Below, one piece after another: positions 1 to 10,398 of a stretch of DNA of 64,000 bases. The stretch is from an uncultured bacterium (lineage in GTDB: Bacteria > Babelota > Babeliae > Babelales > JABCYS01). Each line of letters begins with the position of its first letter. Positions within the stretch are counted from its first letter, which is position 1. The notes beneath the pieces were generated by a model. It saw only the letters and a list, made by a program, of their open reading frames with translations, was not told the origin of the DNA and searched no databases. The stretch covers positions 1-64,000 of the forward strand of contig CAVPKK010000001.1 of assembly GCA_963705705.1 (NCBI GenBank). The letters run 5' to 3'. Both the position numbers and the translations under genes were made by a program.

Positions 1-133
1 CTTTAACCTTAGTCCACTGGCGAGAAAATAAACCAGGTTTATCTTGGTTAGGCTCACCAGCTTCACCAGCTGCCATAACAAGAGAAGAAGTTGCTAGCAC
101 TACAGCTAGACCTAAAAGTGTAAGTTTCTTCAT
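1..133 (-). CDS. 5' part of a secreted hypothetical protein (runs off window start)
   Basis: Manual translation MKKLTLLGLAVVLATSSLVMAAGEAGEPNQDKPGLFSRQWTKVK; GGAGG RBS upstream; signal-peptide-like N-terminus. Confidence 0.75.
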   Translation of the reverse strand, partial: MKKLTLLGLAVVLATSSLVMAAGEAGEPNQDKPGLFSRQWTKVK

Positions 134-360
134 AGAAGAATCCTCCATATAATAAATGATTAAACAAACACGTCGCCCAGCATGCTAGGTAACTTTTTGT
201 GCGTCAACGGGGGGTCAATATGGGGGTTCTGTCTATTTGTGTGAAATGTGCGGTTTAGTTCGATTTGATGGGCAGATTGAAAGCATTTCGGGGATAATAA
301 AATTTGCTATTAGTCAGAGACGGGCGCAAGGGATGGCTATACTCATTCTAATACTAATCT

Positions 361-867
361 TTAGATATCATCTTCATCATCAATGATACGATACTTCCTT
401 TTAACCCCTTCATATAGCTCTTCATGCGATTGGCAATCCATGTGGCCACGTGTATGGGGGATGTCTGGCATCCAATAGGAACTGACCACTAAGGCGGTTC
501 CTGCACCAAAAAAGCCAAGGGCTATGCGTAAAGGCCAAGTATTTGCTTGATTAGACCCTGCTTCCTCGTCTGCCTTATTATTATCATCGCCTAAGATTCT
601 TGATATTTCGTCGTCCGGTCCATATAGATGACCTGGGTGCTTCTGTAGATTAGCTTTCTTCTGACGACCGACTTCAAGTGCTGCAAGATATCTGGCTTCT
701 GCTTGTTTACGTTCTTCTAGAGCTATTTGTATTTCATTTTTTGCTTGAGCAAATTCTTGTTGTGCCGTTTCTAGATCTGGCTGATTTGGATCTTGATCGA
801 TTGCTAGGAAAATAGATGGATGGATACATAGTGAGATGATGAGTAAATTTCTAAATTCTCTGAACAT
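361..867 (-). CDS. Hypothetical protein (signal peptide, coiled coil, one TM segment)
   Basis: ORF 361..906; likely start MFREF at 867 after GAGG; hydrophobic N-terminus and a hydrophobic IALGFFGAGTALVVSSYW segment. Confidence 0.6.
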   Translation of the reverse strand: MFREFRNLLIISLCIHPSIFLAIDQDPNQPDLETAQQEFAQAKNEIQIALEERKQAEARYLAALEVGRQKKANLQKHPGHLYGPDDEISRILGDDNNKADEEAGSNQANTWPLRIALGFFGAGTALVVSSYWMPDIPHTRGHMDCQSHEELYEGVKRKYRIIDDEDDI

Positions 868-931
868 ACGGACCTCGCTGCATTGAGTGGCTGACGCCAA
901 GTACACCCTAGGAATCTTAGATCAATGAATT

Positions 932-1174
932 CTATACGGCTACTACTTTAATAGTAGGTAGTACTTTTTTCAACTCTTCTTCAATGCCGAATTTAACCGT
1001 GAACTGAGATATGGGGCACGTGGTGCAGGCACCTAAGAGCTTAATTGAGACTATGTTATCTTCAATTTTGACAAGTTCGACGTCGCCGCCATCCCGCAAA
1101 ATAAGAGGGCGTACTTGGTTTAGTACGCCCTCAACTTGTTCTTTAATGTTATTTAACATGTGCGAACTGCTCAA
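932..1174 (-). CDS. NifU C-terminal domain (Nfu-type Fe-S carrier)
   Basis: VRPLILRDGGDVELV...LLGACTTCP (CxxC) signature; start may be a few codons downstream. Confidence 0.9.
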   Translation of the reverse strand: MSSSHMLNNIKEQVEGVLNQVRPLILRDGGDVELVKIEDNIVSIKLLGACTTCPISQFTVKFGIEEELKKVLPTIKVVAV

Positions 1175-1534
1175 TTATACCCATTCAACGCGAGCGATAG
1201 GTGCCGTGTCGCTTGGACGGATACCGAGCGAAATCACACGGGTATATCCACCTGGACGTTGGGTATATTTTGGCGCAATGTCAGTAAACAGCTTAATAAT
1301 CGCCTCTTCCTTATATGGTAATAAAGAAAGGATACGGCGACGGGTATTAAAATTATTACCGGTGCGCGCAATGGTCACCAACTTTTCTGCCAAGCGGCTT
1401 GCTTCTTTAGCACGCGCCTTGGTAGTAACGAGGTGTCCATTGGTAATCAAGCTGATTACTTGATTACGCATCATAGCCCGTTTATGAGGGGCTGAGACGT
1501 TTAATTTTTTACGACCGCTTTGATGGCTACTCAT
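1175..1534 (-). CDS. rplQ: 50S ribosomal protein L17
   Basis: TTKARAKE...AEKLVT...RPGGYTRV; follows rpoA. Confidence 0.97.
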   Translation of the reverse strand: MSSHQSGRKKLNVSAPHKRAMMRNQVISLITNGHLVTTKARAKEASRLAEKLVTIARTGNNFNTRRRILSLLPYKEEAIIKLFTDIAPKYTQRPGGYTRVISLGIRPSDTAPIARVEWV

Positions 1535-1549
1535 ATTAATTCCTGATAA

Positions 1550-2728
1550 TTATTCTTGATCTTCGTCTTCGAATTCGTCGTCATCTTCATCTTCAGCTGC
1601 AGTGTTATTGTTGACTGGTTCGAAGTGCGATTTTCCGCTCTTCTGCATTTCTTTCTCTTGCTCTAGAGCTTCTGCTTCGCTGACGTTCATGCCAATATGA
1701 AGATTGTATTTTTGTAGCACGTCTTCGATTTCTTTTAATGACTTATGGCCAAGATTCTTAATCTTGAGCGCAGCATCTTTAGAAAGATTAACCAAATCAA
1801 TAACGCGTTTGATGCCAGCATGAACGAGGCAATTATACGCGCGAACTGAAAGATTAAGATCTTCAACAGGTCTCAGCAAAATATTCAGAGGTTTTTTTTC
1901 TGATGGCTCAGTTGGTTCAACAGCAACGTCTGCAGTAGTTGTTGCTATTTCCGCAGGAGCTGCCGCTGCCTGCTCACGAGAAATTTCATTGAATGCAATT
2001 TCCGGCTTGCCAAGGAAATGTTCAAGTTGAGTACGTAATACCGAAACAGCATAATGAGTTACTTCAACTGGGTGTTCAGAACCATCAGTCACTACTTGCA
2101 GTGATAATTTATCGTAGTCGATTTCGCCGCCAACACGAGTTTTTTCAACTTCGTAGCTTACGCGACGGATCGGCGAAAACATTGCATCCAAGTAAATGCG
2201 GCCATCTTCGGTTAATGACTTATCAGCAGGCCACTGTGCCTCACGATAGCCACGACCATTTTCTACAAAGAAAGTAATGTCGAGGTTGCCATCGGTTGCC
2301 ACATGAGCAAGCACGTGATCACCATTGACCAATTCCAGATGACTATCGCCCTTAATATCAGATACTTTGGCAGTTGCCGGCCCATTAATCTGAAGGCGCA
2401 TCGTGCCAGGATTGCCACTCTTATTTTTAATAACGATTTGCTTGATGTTAAGCACCAGCTGCATTACATCTTCAACAACGCCAGGTATAGAAGCAAATTC
2501 GTTGTTAACACCCTTAATAACGATTGAGCTAACTGCGCAACCTTCAACTGCACCAAGCAGCACGCGGCGCACGGCATTACCAAGTGTAACACCAAAGCCA
2601 GGTTCAAGAGGTTGTACGGTCAATTCTCCACTTGTTGGAGTAAGTGATTTTTGATTCCAGGCAAGTTTCGGCAGAATCAGAGCCTTATATCCCATTTTGT
2701 CCATGCAGGTTCTCCCAAGGTTGCTCAT
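1550..2728 (-). CDS. rpoA: RNA polymerase alpha subunit with acidic C-terminal tail
   Basis: PLEPGFGVTLGNAVRRVLL, LSVRAYNCL, KNLGHKSLKEI; start may be 2704. Confidence 0.97.
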   Translation of the reverse strand: MSNLGRTCMDKMGYKALILPKLAWNQKSLTPTSGELTVQPLEPGFGVTLGNAVRRVLLGAVEGCAVSSIVIKGVNNEFASIPGVVEDVMQLVLNIKQIVIKNKSGNPGTMRLQINGPATAKVSDIKGDSHLELVNGDHVLAHVATDGNLDITFFVENGRGYREAQWPADKSLTEDGRIYLDAMFSPIRRVSYEVEKTRVGGEIDYDKLSLQVVTDGSEHPVEVTHYAVSVLRTQLEHFLGKPEIAFNEISREQAAAAPAEIATTTADVAVEPTEPSEKKPLNILLRPVEDLNLSVRAYNCLVHAGIKRVIDLVNLSKDAALKIKNLGHKSLKEIEDVLQKYNLHIGMNVSEAEALEQEKEMQKSGKSHFEPVNNNTAAEDEDDDEFEDEDQE

Positions 2729-2736
2729 TTAAAATG

Positions 2737-3312
2737 CTATTTAGAGTACATCTCAACGATCAAGTATTCTTCGATCGGTGCTTGAATATCTGCACGCACT
2801 GGCAAACGCAATATGGTGCCGGTACGATCAGCTTTGTTAAGCTCAAGCCAATCTGGAACTTTTACGCCAATGTTAAGACGTTTATCAACCACTTGGCTGA
2901 GGAAGTTAGTTTTTTCGGCCACATTAGGCATCAATGAAACTTTGTCGTTTACATCGACTTGGAATGATGGGCTTGATACTTTTTTACCGTTAACAAGTAC
3001 GTGGCCATGTGTAATGATTTGTCGGCCTTGGCGGCGTGTGCTTGCCAATTTAAGGCGGAATATCACGTTGTCCAAACGGCGCTCAAGCATCATAAGTAGA
3101 TTTTCACCAGGTCCGCCCGGGGTGGCAGCTGCCTTATCAAACCAGTTTTTAAACTGTTTCTCGCGCAAGCCATAATCAAATTTTACGCGTTGTTTTTCTT
3201 CTAATTGTCGACCATATTCAGATTTTTTTGCACGCGGTTTACTGCGTTCTGCTTCTTGAGCACCGCGATCCTTCCCGTGCAACGATCGTTTTTCTACGTT
3301 TGTTTTATTCAT
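2737..3312 (-). CDS. rpsD: 30S ribosomal protein S4 (short N-terminus)
   Basis: SEYGRQLEEKQR, LERRLDNVIFRL, LIVEMYSK. Confidence 0.97.
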   Translation of the reverse strand: MNKTNVEKRSLHGKDRGAQEAERSKPRAKKSEYGRQLEEKQRVKFDYGLREKQFKNWFDKAAATPGGPGENLLMMLERRLDNVIFRLKLASTRRQGRQIITHGHVLVNGKKVSSPSFQVDVNDKVSLMPNVAEKTNFLSQVVDKRLNIGVKVPDWLELNKADRTGTILRLPVRADIQAPIEEYLIVEMYSK

Positions 3313-3323
3313 GATGATGATCC

Positions 3324-3707
3324 TTAAACTCTACGTTTCTTAGGAGCTCGTGTACCGTTATGTGGTAGTGGTGTTACATCGCGCAATAAAGTTACATTCA
3401 GGCCGTTGGACTGAAATGCACGAACTACTGAATCTCTACCAGAGCCAGGGCCCTGCATGTTTACTTCAACATTTTTAACACCGAGTGTATTCATTTCACG
3501 AGCCAACGTTGCTCCGATTTGAGTAGCAACATAGGGCGTCCCTTTTCGGGAGCCTTTAAAGCCTAGTTTTCCTGCAGTTGAACGCAGTAAAACATCGCCT
3601 TCGGTTGTGGTAATAGCAACCATTGTATTGTTGAAGGTGGAGCGAACATGGGCAACCGCAGTATCTACCTGGCGGCGCTGCTTTTTGCTCTTTTTCTTAT
3701 AAGCCAT
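3324..3707 (-). CDS. rpsK: 30S ribosomal protein S11
   Basis: STFNNT, GFKGSRKGTPY, DVTPLPHNG. Confidence 0.98.
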   Translation of the reverse strand: MAYKKKSKKQRRQVDTAVAHVRSTFNNTMVAITTTEGDVLLRSTAGKLGFKGSRKGTPYVATQIGATLAREMNTLGVKNVEVNMQGPGSGRDSVVRAFQSNGLNVTLLRDVTPLPHNGTRAPKKRRV

Positions 3708-3783
3708 TGAATCCCTATTGATTAATTTAAATGATGGCGCCGATTCTTCGATTTACGCAGAATGAGCACCATCATTTAATTAT

Positions 3784-4173
3784 TTATTTCTTAGCAACAA
3801 CTTTCTTAAGTGTAATCTGACTACCTGCTTTACGTGGTCCTTTACGGGTACGAGCATTAGTCTTGGTGCGTTGGCCGCGTACTGGAAGACCACGTTTATG
3901 ACGCGCCCCACGGTATGAACCAATTTCTTGTAGACGCTTGATGTCAAGCATAATCTGTTTGCGCTTTTCACCCTCGGTCTTGTAATGACCTGAGACCTCT
4001 TTTTCAATTGAGGCAACTTCTGCGTCTGTTAAATCTTTTACACGCTTATTCAAGTCGATGTGCAACTTATTTAAAATTTGTTGCGAGGTATGTAGGCCAA
4101 TACCAAAAACATAGGTAAGACCATATTCAATTCGCTTATTAGATGGAAGATTTACACCTTCTATACGTGCCAT
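3784..4173 (-). CDS. rpsM: 30S ribosomal protein S13
   Basis: [36 protein letters not shown]. Confidence 0.98.
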   Translation of the reverse strand: MARIEGVNLPSNKRIEYGLTYVFGIGLHTSQQILNKLHIDLNKRVKDLTDAEVASIEKEVSGHYKTEGEKRKQIMLDIKRLQEIGSYRGARHKRGLPVRGQRTKTNARTRKGPRKAGSQITLKKVVAKK

Positions 4174-4179
4174 TTCTTA

Positions 4180-4296
4180 TTACCCTTGACGTTGTTTATG
4201 ACGTTGATTTTTTTGGCAAATGATACGCACGACACGCTTACGGCGTACCACGCGACAACCTTCGCAAACTTTTTTGATTGATGTACGTACTTTCAT
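4180..4296 (-). CDS. rpmJ: 50S ribosomal protein L36 (below ORF-track cutoff)
   Basis: Manual translation [38 protein letters not shown]. Confidence 0.97.
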   Translation of the reverse strand: MKVRTSIKKVCEGCRVVRRKRVVRIICQKNQRHKQRQG

Positions 4297-4308
4297 TTCG
4301 AAATCCTG

Positions 4309-4533
4309 TTAATTCTTATACCGATGGACAATTCGCCCGCGAGTCAAATCATAAGGCGACAATTCAAGTGCAACGCGATCACCGGGTAAAATTCGTATGT
4401 AATTCATGCGCATTTTACCAGAAACGTGTCCAAGGACCAAATGTCCACCTTCGATCTCGACACGAAACATCGCATTTGGGAGTGTCTCTTTGACGACCCC
4501 GTCAACTTTTATGACATCTTCTTTCTTATGCAT
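4309..4533 (-). CDS. infA: Translation initiation factor IF-1
   Basis: [38 protein letters not shown]. Confidence 0.98.
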   Translation of the reverse strand: MHKKEDVIKVDGVVKETLPNAMFRVEIEGGHLVLGHVSGKMRMNYIRILPGDRVALELSPYDLTRGRIVHRYKN

Positions 4534-4546
4534 CTTTTAAAAACAC

Positions 4547-5296
4547 CTATATTCTGGTCAAAATCATTGGACCATTTGCCGTAACGGCTACTGTATCTTC
4601 AACATGGGCGGCCCAGGATCCATCCTTAGTCCGTGCGGTCCATTTATCCGGATCAATAACCACGTCTTCGCTACCCATGGTTATCATTGGCTCTAACGCA
4701 AATGTCATACCCGGCTGGAGCAAGGCCCCTTTTCCGGGTTTACCGTAATTCAAAATTTCAGGGTCTTCGTGCATTTTCTTACCAATCCCGTGACCGGCAA
4801 AGATCCGCACTATGCCAAAACCCTCTTTTTCAATGACTGCCTGGATGGCAACCGAAACATCAGAAACCCGGTTTCCAGGAATTGATGCTTTTATACCAGC
4901 ATCAAGTGCCTTTTGCGCACATTCTGTTAAGCGTTGAGCTTTTGGGTCTGCATGACCCACAAAAAACATACGGGCAAGGTCTGCAGCATAGCCCTGCCAT
5001 GAAGCACATACGTCAATTTTTACCAAATCGCCTTCTTTAAGGATTGTGGTTGCACTCGGTATACCATGAACTATTACATCATCGACCGAAATACAACTTA
5101 CGTTCTGGTAGCCCTTATATCCACGCATCATGGAAACCAAACCATGTGCCTTGAGCTGATCACTTATCCAGTTGTCTATTGCCAAGGTATTGGCGCCTGG
5201 TTTTACCAGCTGCTTAACCTCAAGCAATATCTTTGCTAAAGCGGCGCCTGCGTGTGCCATTTTGGAAATAGCAGTTTTGCTTTTAAGGGTAATCAT
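4547..5296 (-). CDS. map: Methionine aminopeptidase type I
   Basis: HGIP, GHGIG..MHEDP, ALEPM, AHVEDTV. Confidence 0.97.
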   Translation of the reverse strand: MITLKSKTAISKMAHAGAALAKILLEVKQLVKPGANTLAIDNWISDQLKAHGLVSMMRGYKGYQNVSCISVDDVIVHGIPSATTILKEGDLVKIDVCASWQGYAADLARMFFVGHADPKAQRLTECAQKALDAGIKASIPGNRVSDVSVAIQAVIEKEGFGIVRIFAGHGIGKKMHEDPEILNYGKPGKGALLQPGMTFALEPMITMGSEDVVIDPDKWTARTKDGSWAAHVEDTVAVTANGPMILTRI

Positions 5297-5301
5297 GCAA
5301 T

Positions 5302-6126
5302 TTAGCCCTGCTCGCGAGGAACAATTTGTTGTACGCCTTCCTGGGCATCGGAAATAACATTTTTATCCCGCGGATGCGAATCAATTTCAAAGGAAGCAAT
5401 ACCTGGCTTATGCAATGTGTGGCTCACCAACCGCTTAAAATCTTCAAAGACATCGTTCAATGATCTATTGGCTGGAATAGCTTTAATGTCAATTTGCTGT
5501 TGGGCAAAATACTCAAGCAAAGCCTGCTCATGACGATAATACGTTTTCAACCGTTCGCGTACCGTTGCTTCTTCATCATCAGCACGTCGGACCAATGTAC
5601 TCGTACATTTATCACAGACCATATGCTCTTTAGACTTATGGGCTGAATCCTCAAGCAAAGAATATACCGCTTGGCAGGTCTTATTCTCACAGGTTGCTCG
5701 GGCACTGAGCCGTTTAATTATATGATCCTCATGAATCCCGAGATGAACGACCGTCAAAGCATATGACGATAATTTATCCTGTAGTAATGAGCAGAGCCAT
5801 TCAGCCTGTGCAACCGTTCGCGGAAACCCATCCAAAATTACGGAATTACCTTGGGCTTCTTGCTCATGCAACCATTCGCCTACCATGGCTGAAATAAGTT
5901 GGTCGTCCACTAACCTGCCAGCATTTATAGCCGCCGCCATCTGCGCCCCCAACTCAGTTCCCTGGGCAATATGCTTGCGCAGTAAATTGCCTGTAGACAA
6001 TGGTACCCATTTCAAGTGGGCAGTACACAAATGTGATAATGAACCCTTCCCAGATCCCGGAGGCCCTGAGAATATGACCAAACTATTGCGGCTCATGCTG
6101 TATCTTTCAAATGGCGAAGAAAGCAC
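5302..6126 (-). CDS. adk: Adenylate kinase with Zn-type lid
   Basis: GPPGSGKGS P-loop, STGNLLR, ILDGFPRT; position between secY and map; start probably near 6097. Confidence 0.95.
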   Translation of the reverse strand: MLSSPFERYSMSRNSLVIFSGPPGSGKGSLSHLCTAHLKWVPLSTGNLLRKHIAQGTELGAQMAAAINAGRLVDDQLISAMVGEWLHEQEAQGNSVILDGFPRTVAQAEWLCSLLQDKLSSYALTVVHLGIHEDHIIKRLSARATCENKTCQAVYSLLEDSAHKSKEHMVCDKCTSTLVRRADDEEATVRERLKTYYRHEQALLEYFAQQQIDIKAIPANRSLNDVFEDFKRLVSHTLHKPGIASFEIDSHPRDKNVISDAQEGVQQIVPREQG

Positions 6127-6173
6127 TAATCTTCGTAAAAAAAAACTTTTAAACCCAGGGCCTCAAGGCCTGG

Positions 6174-7478
6174 TTACCTTGCTGTCCTGCCCTTAAGGCG
6201 ACCGGACGATAGGAAACCTTCATACCGCCGTTCGATGAGGTACGTTTCCATTTGCGCCGATGTATCTAGCGCAGTACCTACACAGATTAGCAGTGAGGTA
6301 CCCCCTACGTAAAATGGTAGGCCAGAAAAACTAATAAGCAGGTTGGGCAATAATGCCAAGCTTGCTAGATAGATAGCACCCACGAGCCCAATACGATTCA
6401 AAATATATGCAAAGAACTCAGCTGTTCGTCGACCAGGCCGTATGCCAGGCACAAAACCGCCGCTTTTGCGTAAATTTTCAGCAAGTTCTTCTGGATTAAA
6501 GATCATAGCTGTATAGAAATAAGTGAATGCAACGATCAACAATGTGTTAAGAATATTATTAGCTACGCTATTGGGGTCAGCCAGCGCAGATAAGAATTCA
6601 AGTTTGTCTGAAAGAAACCGGGCAATTTGTACCGGGAACATCAAAACAGTCTGAGCAAAGATTACGGGCATTACGCTGGCCGGGTTGACCTTGAATGGGA
6701 TATAGGTGCTTTGACCACCGTATACCTTATTGCCAACCATACGCCGTGCATATTGCACCGGAATTTTACGTTCGCCCTTTTCAAGGAAAACGATCGCAGC
6801 GGCAAGTGCTATGAATATAAGAAATACTACAATCGACAACACGGCATCAACTGATCCGATACGAATAAAATGGAGCGTCTTCTGAATAAATCCTGGAAAA
6901 CGCGACACGATACCAGCAAAGATAAGCATTGAGCTGCCATTGCCGATGCCATGCAATGTAATTTGTTCACCCAGCCACATAACGAAAACTGAACCAGCCG
7001 TCAAAGACAACATGAACATGATGCGGAAGCCCCAACCTGGACTTAATACCAGATCATTTCGCTCAAGTACCAACGCATAGAAAAAGCTCCAAAAAAGAGC
7101 TAGCCCAACGGTTAAATAGCGTGTGTATTGATTGATTTCGCGACGCCCATATTCCCCTTCTTTCACTTTAGCTTCAAGTGCCGGAATGGCCATACTCAAT
7201 AGCTGCATCATGATAGACGCTGAAATATATGGCCCGATACCGAGAGCAAAAACGGTTGCATGCCCTAAGGCACCACCCGATATTACATCAAGGTAATTCA
7301 TCAGCCCGCCAAACGATTTTGCACGTTCCATGTATGATGCAAGTGCATTAACGTCAACGCCGACAACCGGAATGAGAAGACCTAAACGATCAATTATGAG
7401 TACGCCAAGCGTAAATAAGATTCTACGGCGCAGTTCCGGAATAAGAAAAATATTTTTGAAACTACTAATTTGGATCAC
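6174..7478 (-). CDS. secY: Preprotein translocase SecY
   Basis: ALGIGPYISASIMMQL, GIGNGSSMLIFAGI, PGIRPG; about 10 TM segments. Confidence 0.98.
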   Translation of the reverse strand: MIQISSFKNIFLIPELRRRILFTLGVLIIDRLGLLIPVVGVDVNALASYMERAKSFGGLMNYLDVISGGALGHATVFALGIGPYISASIMMQLLSMAIPALEAKVKEGEYGRREINQYTRYLTVGLALFWSFFYALVLERNDLVLSPGWGFRIMFMLSLTAGSVFVMWLGEQITLHGIGNGSSMLIFAGIVSRFPGFIQKTLHFIRIGSVDAVLSIVVFLIFIALAAAIVFLEKGERKIPVQYARRMVGNKVYGGQSTYIPFKVNPASVMPVIFAQTVLMFPVQIARFLSDKLEFLSALADPNSVANNILNTLLIVAFTYFYTAMIFNPEELAENLRKSGGFVPGIRPGRRTAEFFAYILNRIGLVGAIYLASLALLPNLLISFSGLPFYVGGTSLLICVGTALDTSAQMETYLIERRYEGFLSSGRLKGRTAR

Positions 7479-7486
7479 GATATCCC

Positions 7487-7996
7487 CTATTTTTTACGTG
7501 ATGTCTTGCGTACTACCTTATCGGATGCCTTAGTCAGGTCATTAATCGGGTTCAATGCTACAGCTTTACCGCCTTGAGCTTCAATTGCTGCAATAGCGGA
7601 TTTGCTAAAGTTATTTGCATGAACATCCAGCTTTTTAGTCAGCTTGCCTGTACCAAGCACTTTTACTAAATATGCTCGGCGAGAATTTGCTGGCTTTATT
7701 AACCCGTGCTCTATTAAAGACTCGCGATCAATAGAATCTCCAGCCTTAAATACACGCTCAAGATCCCTCAGATTCACCGTCAGATATTTCGTTTCAAAAT
7801 TTTTGTTATTAAACCCGCGTTTTGGCAAACGACGAGTTAATTGCATTTGACCACCTTCGAATATTGGTGGTAATGATGGACCTGAACGAGCAAGCTGGCC
7901 CTTATGTCCGCGTCCTGATGTACCACCGCGCTCACCACCGCGGCCTATGCGTTTACGTTTTTTTACGGTGCGTGAAAGTTTATTTAGCTGAAACAT
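7487..7996 (-). CDS. rplO: 50S ribosomal protein L15
   Basis: RIGRGG...SGRGHKGQ, FEGGQ..L.RRLPKRGF. Confidence 0.97.
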   Translation of the reverse strand: MFQLNKLSRTVKKRKRIGRGGERGGTSGRGHKGQLARSGPSLPPIFEGGQMQLTRRLPKRGFNNKNFETKYLTVNLRDLERVFKAGDSIDRESLIEHGLIKPANSRRAYLVKVLGTGKLTKKLDVHANNFSKSAIAAIEAQGGKAVALNPINDLTKASDKVVRKTSRKK

Positions 7997-8522
7997 GTTG
8001 AGCTTTCTTTGTAACAATTTCTTCTAATGTTTTACCACGCATTCTTGCAATAGCTGATGCAGAGCGTAATTTAGATAGCGCATTCAATGTAGCTTTTACA
8101 ACGTTTTGCGGATTTGCTGAGCGCAGAGACTTTGCCAATACATCCTTGATGCCGGCAGCTTCAAATATTGCGCGCATTGCGCCACCAGCAATTACACCAG
8201 TACCTTTAAAAGCAGGACGGATAATTACCTCTGCAGCGCCGTGACGGCCCTTCACATCGTATGGAATGGTGGTGCCACGCATTTGGATTGGGATAAGATG
8301 CTTACGTGCACGTAGGGTTGCCTTAGCGATTGCCGCGGAAACTTCCCGGCCTTTACCAAGTGAAATCCCAACGCTGCCTTGACGATCACCACTCACCACA
8401 AGTACTGAGAAGGAGAACTGTTTTCCACCCTTGGTAACTTTAGTTACCCGGCGAACATCGATCGTTGCATCTACAAATGATTTTTCTGATTTATCTGTTC
8501 TATCTGCTCTATCTGCCATCAT
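7980..8522 (-). CDS. rpsE: 30S ribosomal protein S5
   Basis: RRVTKVTKGGK, GTGVIAGG. Confidence 0.98.
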   Translation of the reverse strand: MMADRADRTDKSEKSFVDATIDVRRVTKVTKGGKQFSFSVLVVSGDRQGSVGISLGKGREVSAAIAKATLRARKHLIPIQMRGTTIPYDVKGRHGAAEVIIRPAFKGTGVIAGGAMRAIFEAAGIKDVLAKSLRSANPQNVVKATLNALSKLRSASAIARMRGKTLEEIVTKKAQHVSAK

Positions 8523-8565
8523 AATTCCTAAATTTTGCTCAATCTTCTAACGCGAAAGATTCGCA

Positions 8566-8919
8566 TTAAATCTTAAGGCCACCTTCGCGAAGACCTTCAC
8601 ACAGTTCCTTTACGCGGCCATGGTAACGATACTCACCACGATCAAAACATGCGGTATCAACACCTTTGGCCTTAGCACGTTTTGCCAATTCTAGGCCAAC
8701 AGTTTTAGCGATAGTTTTTTTATCGCCTTTATTTTTAAATTCTTGCGACGAGCAACTTGAAATGGTATTGCCCTTCGCATCATCAATAAGTTGCGCATAC
8801 ATGTGATTTAAACTACGGAATACTGAAACCCGTGGTAAATTACTTACCAAACGCAATTTATGTCGCACGCTTGCTGCCCGACGCTGGCTTGCTTGTTGTA
8901 TTTTTCTTTGGTTTGACAT
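8566..8919 (-). CDS. rplR: 50S ribosomal protein L18
   Basis: PRVSVFRSLNHMYAQLIDD, FDRGEYRYHGRVK; start MSNQRK at 8919. Confidence 0.97.
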   Translation of the reverse strand: MSNQRKIQQASQRRAASVRHKLRLVSNLPRVSVFRSLNHMYAQLIDDAKGNTISSCSSQEFKNKGDKKTIAKTVGLELAKRAKAKGVDTACFDRGEYRYHGRVKELCEGLREGGLKI

Positions 8920-8929
8920 TGTTAGTCCC

Positions 8930-9481
8930 TTACGCTGCCGACTTAGCTTTACCAGCTTTACGAACGATGGTCTCTGTGGCCAATTTAATGCCAGTACCCT
9001 TGTATGGTTCTGGCGGCCTGAATGAACGAATACGATCACACACGGCGCCAAGTAGCTCTTTATTAGCGCAGCGAATAGTTAATAATTGGCCGGTTTTATC
9101 AATTTCAATGGTCACGCCTTCTGGAATATCCAAATGTAATTTATGCGAGTAACCAAGGGCAAATTCAACTTTTTTACCTTGTAGAATAGCCTTAAAACCA
9201 AGACCGTTAATCACTACTTGCTTTTCAAAGGGATTGTTTGCACCGGCTATTTCATTTGCCAAGATGGCACGATGCATACCCCACAAAATATTATTTTCAC
9301 GCGATTTAATAGCACCGCTTGCAGGCAAAATACGTAGTTTGCCTTGATCAATTTTTGCTTCAAACACGGCAGGAAGCTTATGAACACCGCTGCCTTTTTT
9401 GCCCTTATAGTGGACATCGTGACCAGAAACGTTTACTTCAACGCCCTGCACATCTATTGGTTTTCTGCCTATCTTTGACAT
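8930..9481 (-). CDS. rplF: 50S ribosomal protein L6
   Basis: MSKIGRKPI, LGYSH, RPPEPYKGTGI. Confidence 0.98.
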   Translation of the reverse strand: MSKIGRKPIDVQGVEVNVSGHDVHYKGKKGSGVHKLPAVFEAKIDQGKLRILPASGAIKSRENNILWGMHRAILANEIAGANNPFEKQVVINGLGFKAILQGKKVEFALGYSHKLHLDIPEGVTIEIDKTGQLLTIRCANKELLGAVCDRIRSFRPPEPYKGTGIKLATETIVRKAGKAKSAA

Positions 9482-9546
9482 TGTATTTCCTGCTATTCCT
9501 AAAGCTAACTTTATCTGAAGCAACGGACGATATAGGACGTGCCTGT

Positions 9547-9942
9547 TTACCAGACGGTGCAAAGCACTTCGCCGCCAACGCCTTCTTGTTTTGCCTGTTG
9601 TTGTGTCATCACACCATGACTGGTAGAAAGGATAGTAATTCCCAATCCGCCAATGACCGGTTTAATGGTTTTTGAGCCAGTGTATTCACGTCTGCTTGGT
9701 CGGCTAACGCGAGTAATTTCATGAATTACGGATTCGCCGCCCACATATTTCAAATCAACGGTAATAACTTTTTTACCCGCTTCATCTTCACTGACGGAAA
9801 CGGATCTCACAAAACCTTGATCTTTTAGTAACGAAGCAATTTGTTGCCGCATATTAGAATGCGGAGCTGACACTGAAGGTTTAGCTACCATCACCCCATT
9901 TCTAATAATGGTCAAAAAATCACCAATTGCATCAATAGACAT
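9547..9942 (-). CDS. rpsH: 30S ribosomal protein S8
   Basis: DFLTIIRNG, RVSRPSRREY, LSTSHGVM, GGEVLC. Confidence 0.98.
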   Translation of the reverse strand: MSIDAIGDFLTIIRNGVMVAKPSVSAPHSNMRQQIASLLKDQGFVRSVSVSEDEAGKKVITVDLKYVGGESVIHEITRVSRPSRREYTGSKTIKPVIGGLGITILSTSHGVMTQQQAKQEGVGGEVLCTVW

Positions 9943-10143
9943 TAAATCAACCTCAATAAATCAAACTACATATTTCTCGAGAGGGATATTCCCTCTCTCA
10001 CCCAATCTTAGTGTTTAGCTTTAGAATTCAAAATTCGGCCAAGCTCACACCTGAAAGGTTTAACAACCTCTCCATTCCTTCGCCTCAAGCACTAACCGCC
10101 TACGAAGCAAAGGACTGCGTAGTGGGTGCAGGGCGAGCCCTGC

Positions 10144-10326
10144 CTACCAGCTGGTTTTTTTAACGCCAGGGAGCAATCCGTCAAGGGCATATTTTCTGAA
10201 ACAAAGACGGCAGAGCATGAATATACGCATATATCCACGTGGGCGGCCGCATTGTTTGCAACGGTTACGCGTACGTACCGCAAACTTTGGACGGAGAGAT
10301 TTTTCTATCAGAGCCTTTCTAGCCAT
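10144..10326 (-). CDS. rpsN: 30S ribosomal protein S14, Zn-binding type
   Basis: [10 protein letters not shown]...LCRLCFR...LPGVKKTSW. Confidence 0.97.
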   Translation of the reverse strand: MARKALIEKSLRPKFAVRTRNRCKQCGRPRGYMRIFMLCRLCFRKYALDGLLPGVKKTSW

Positions 10327-10398
10327 ACATATCCTAGTTTAATAAAAACCCTCATCGCAGAGAACGAGTTCTTCGTGCGGGTCCAGGGTGAGCCCTGG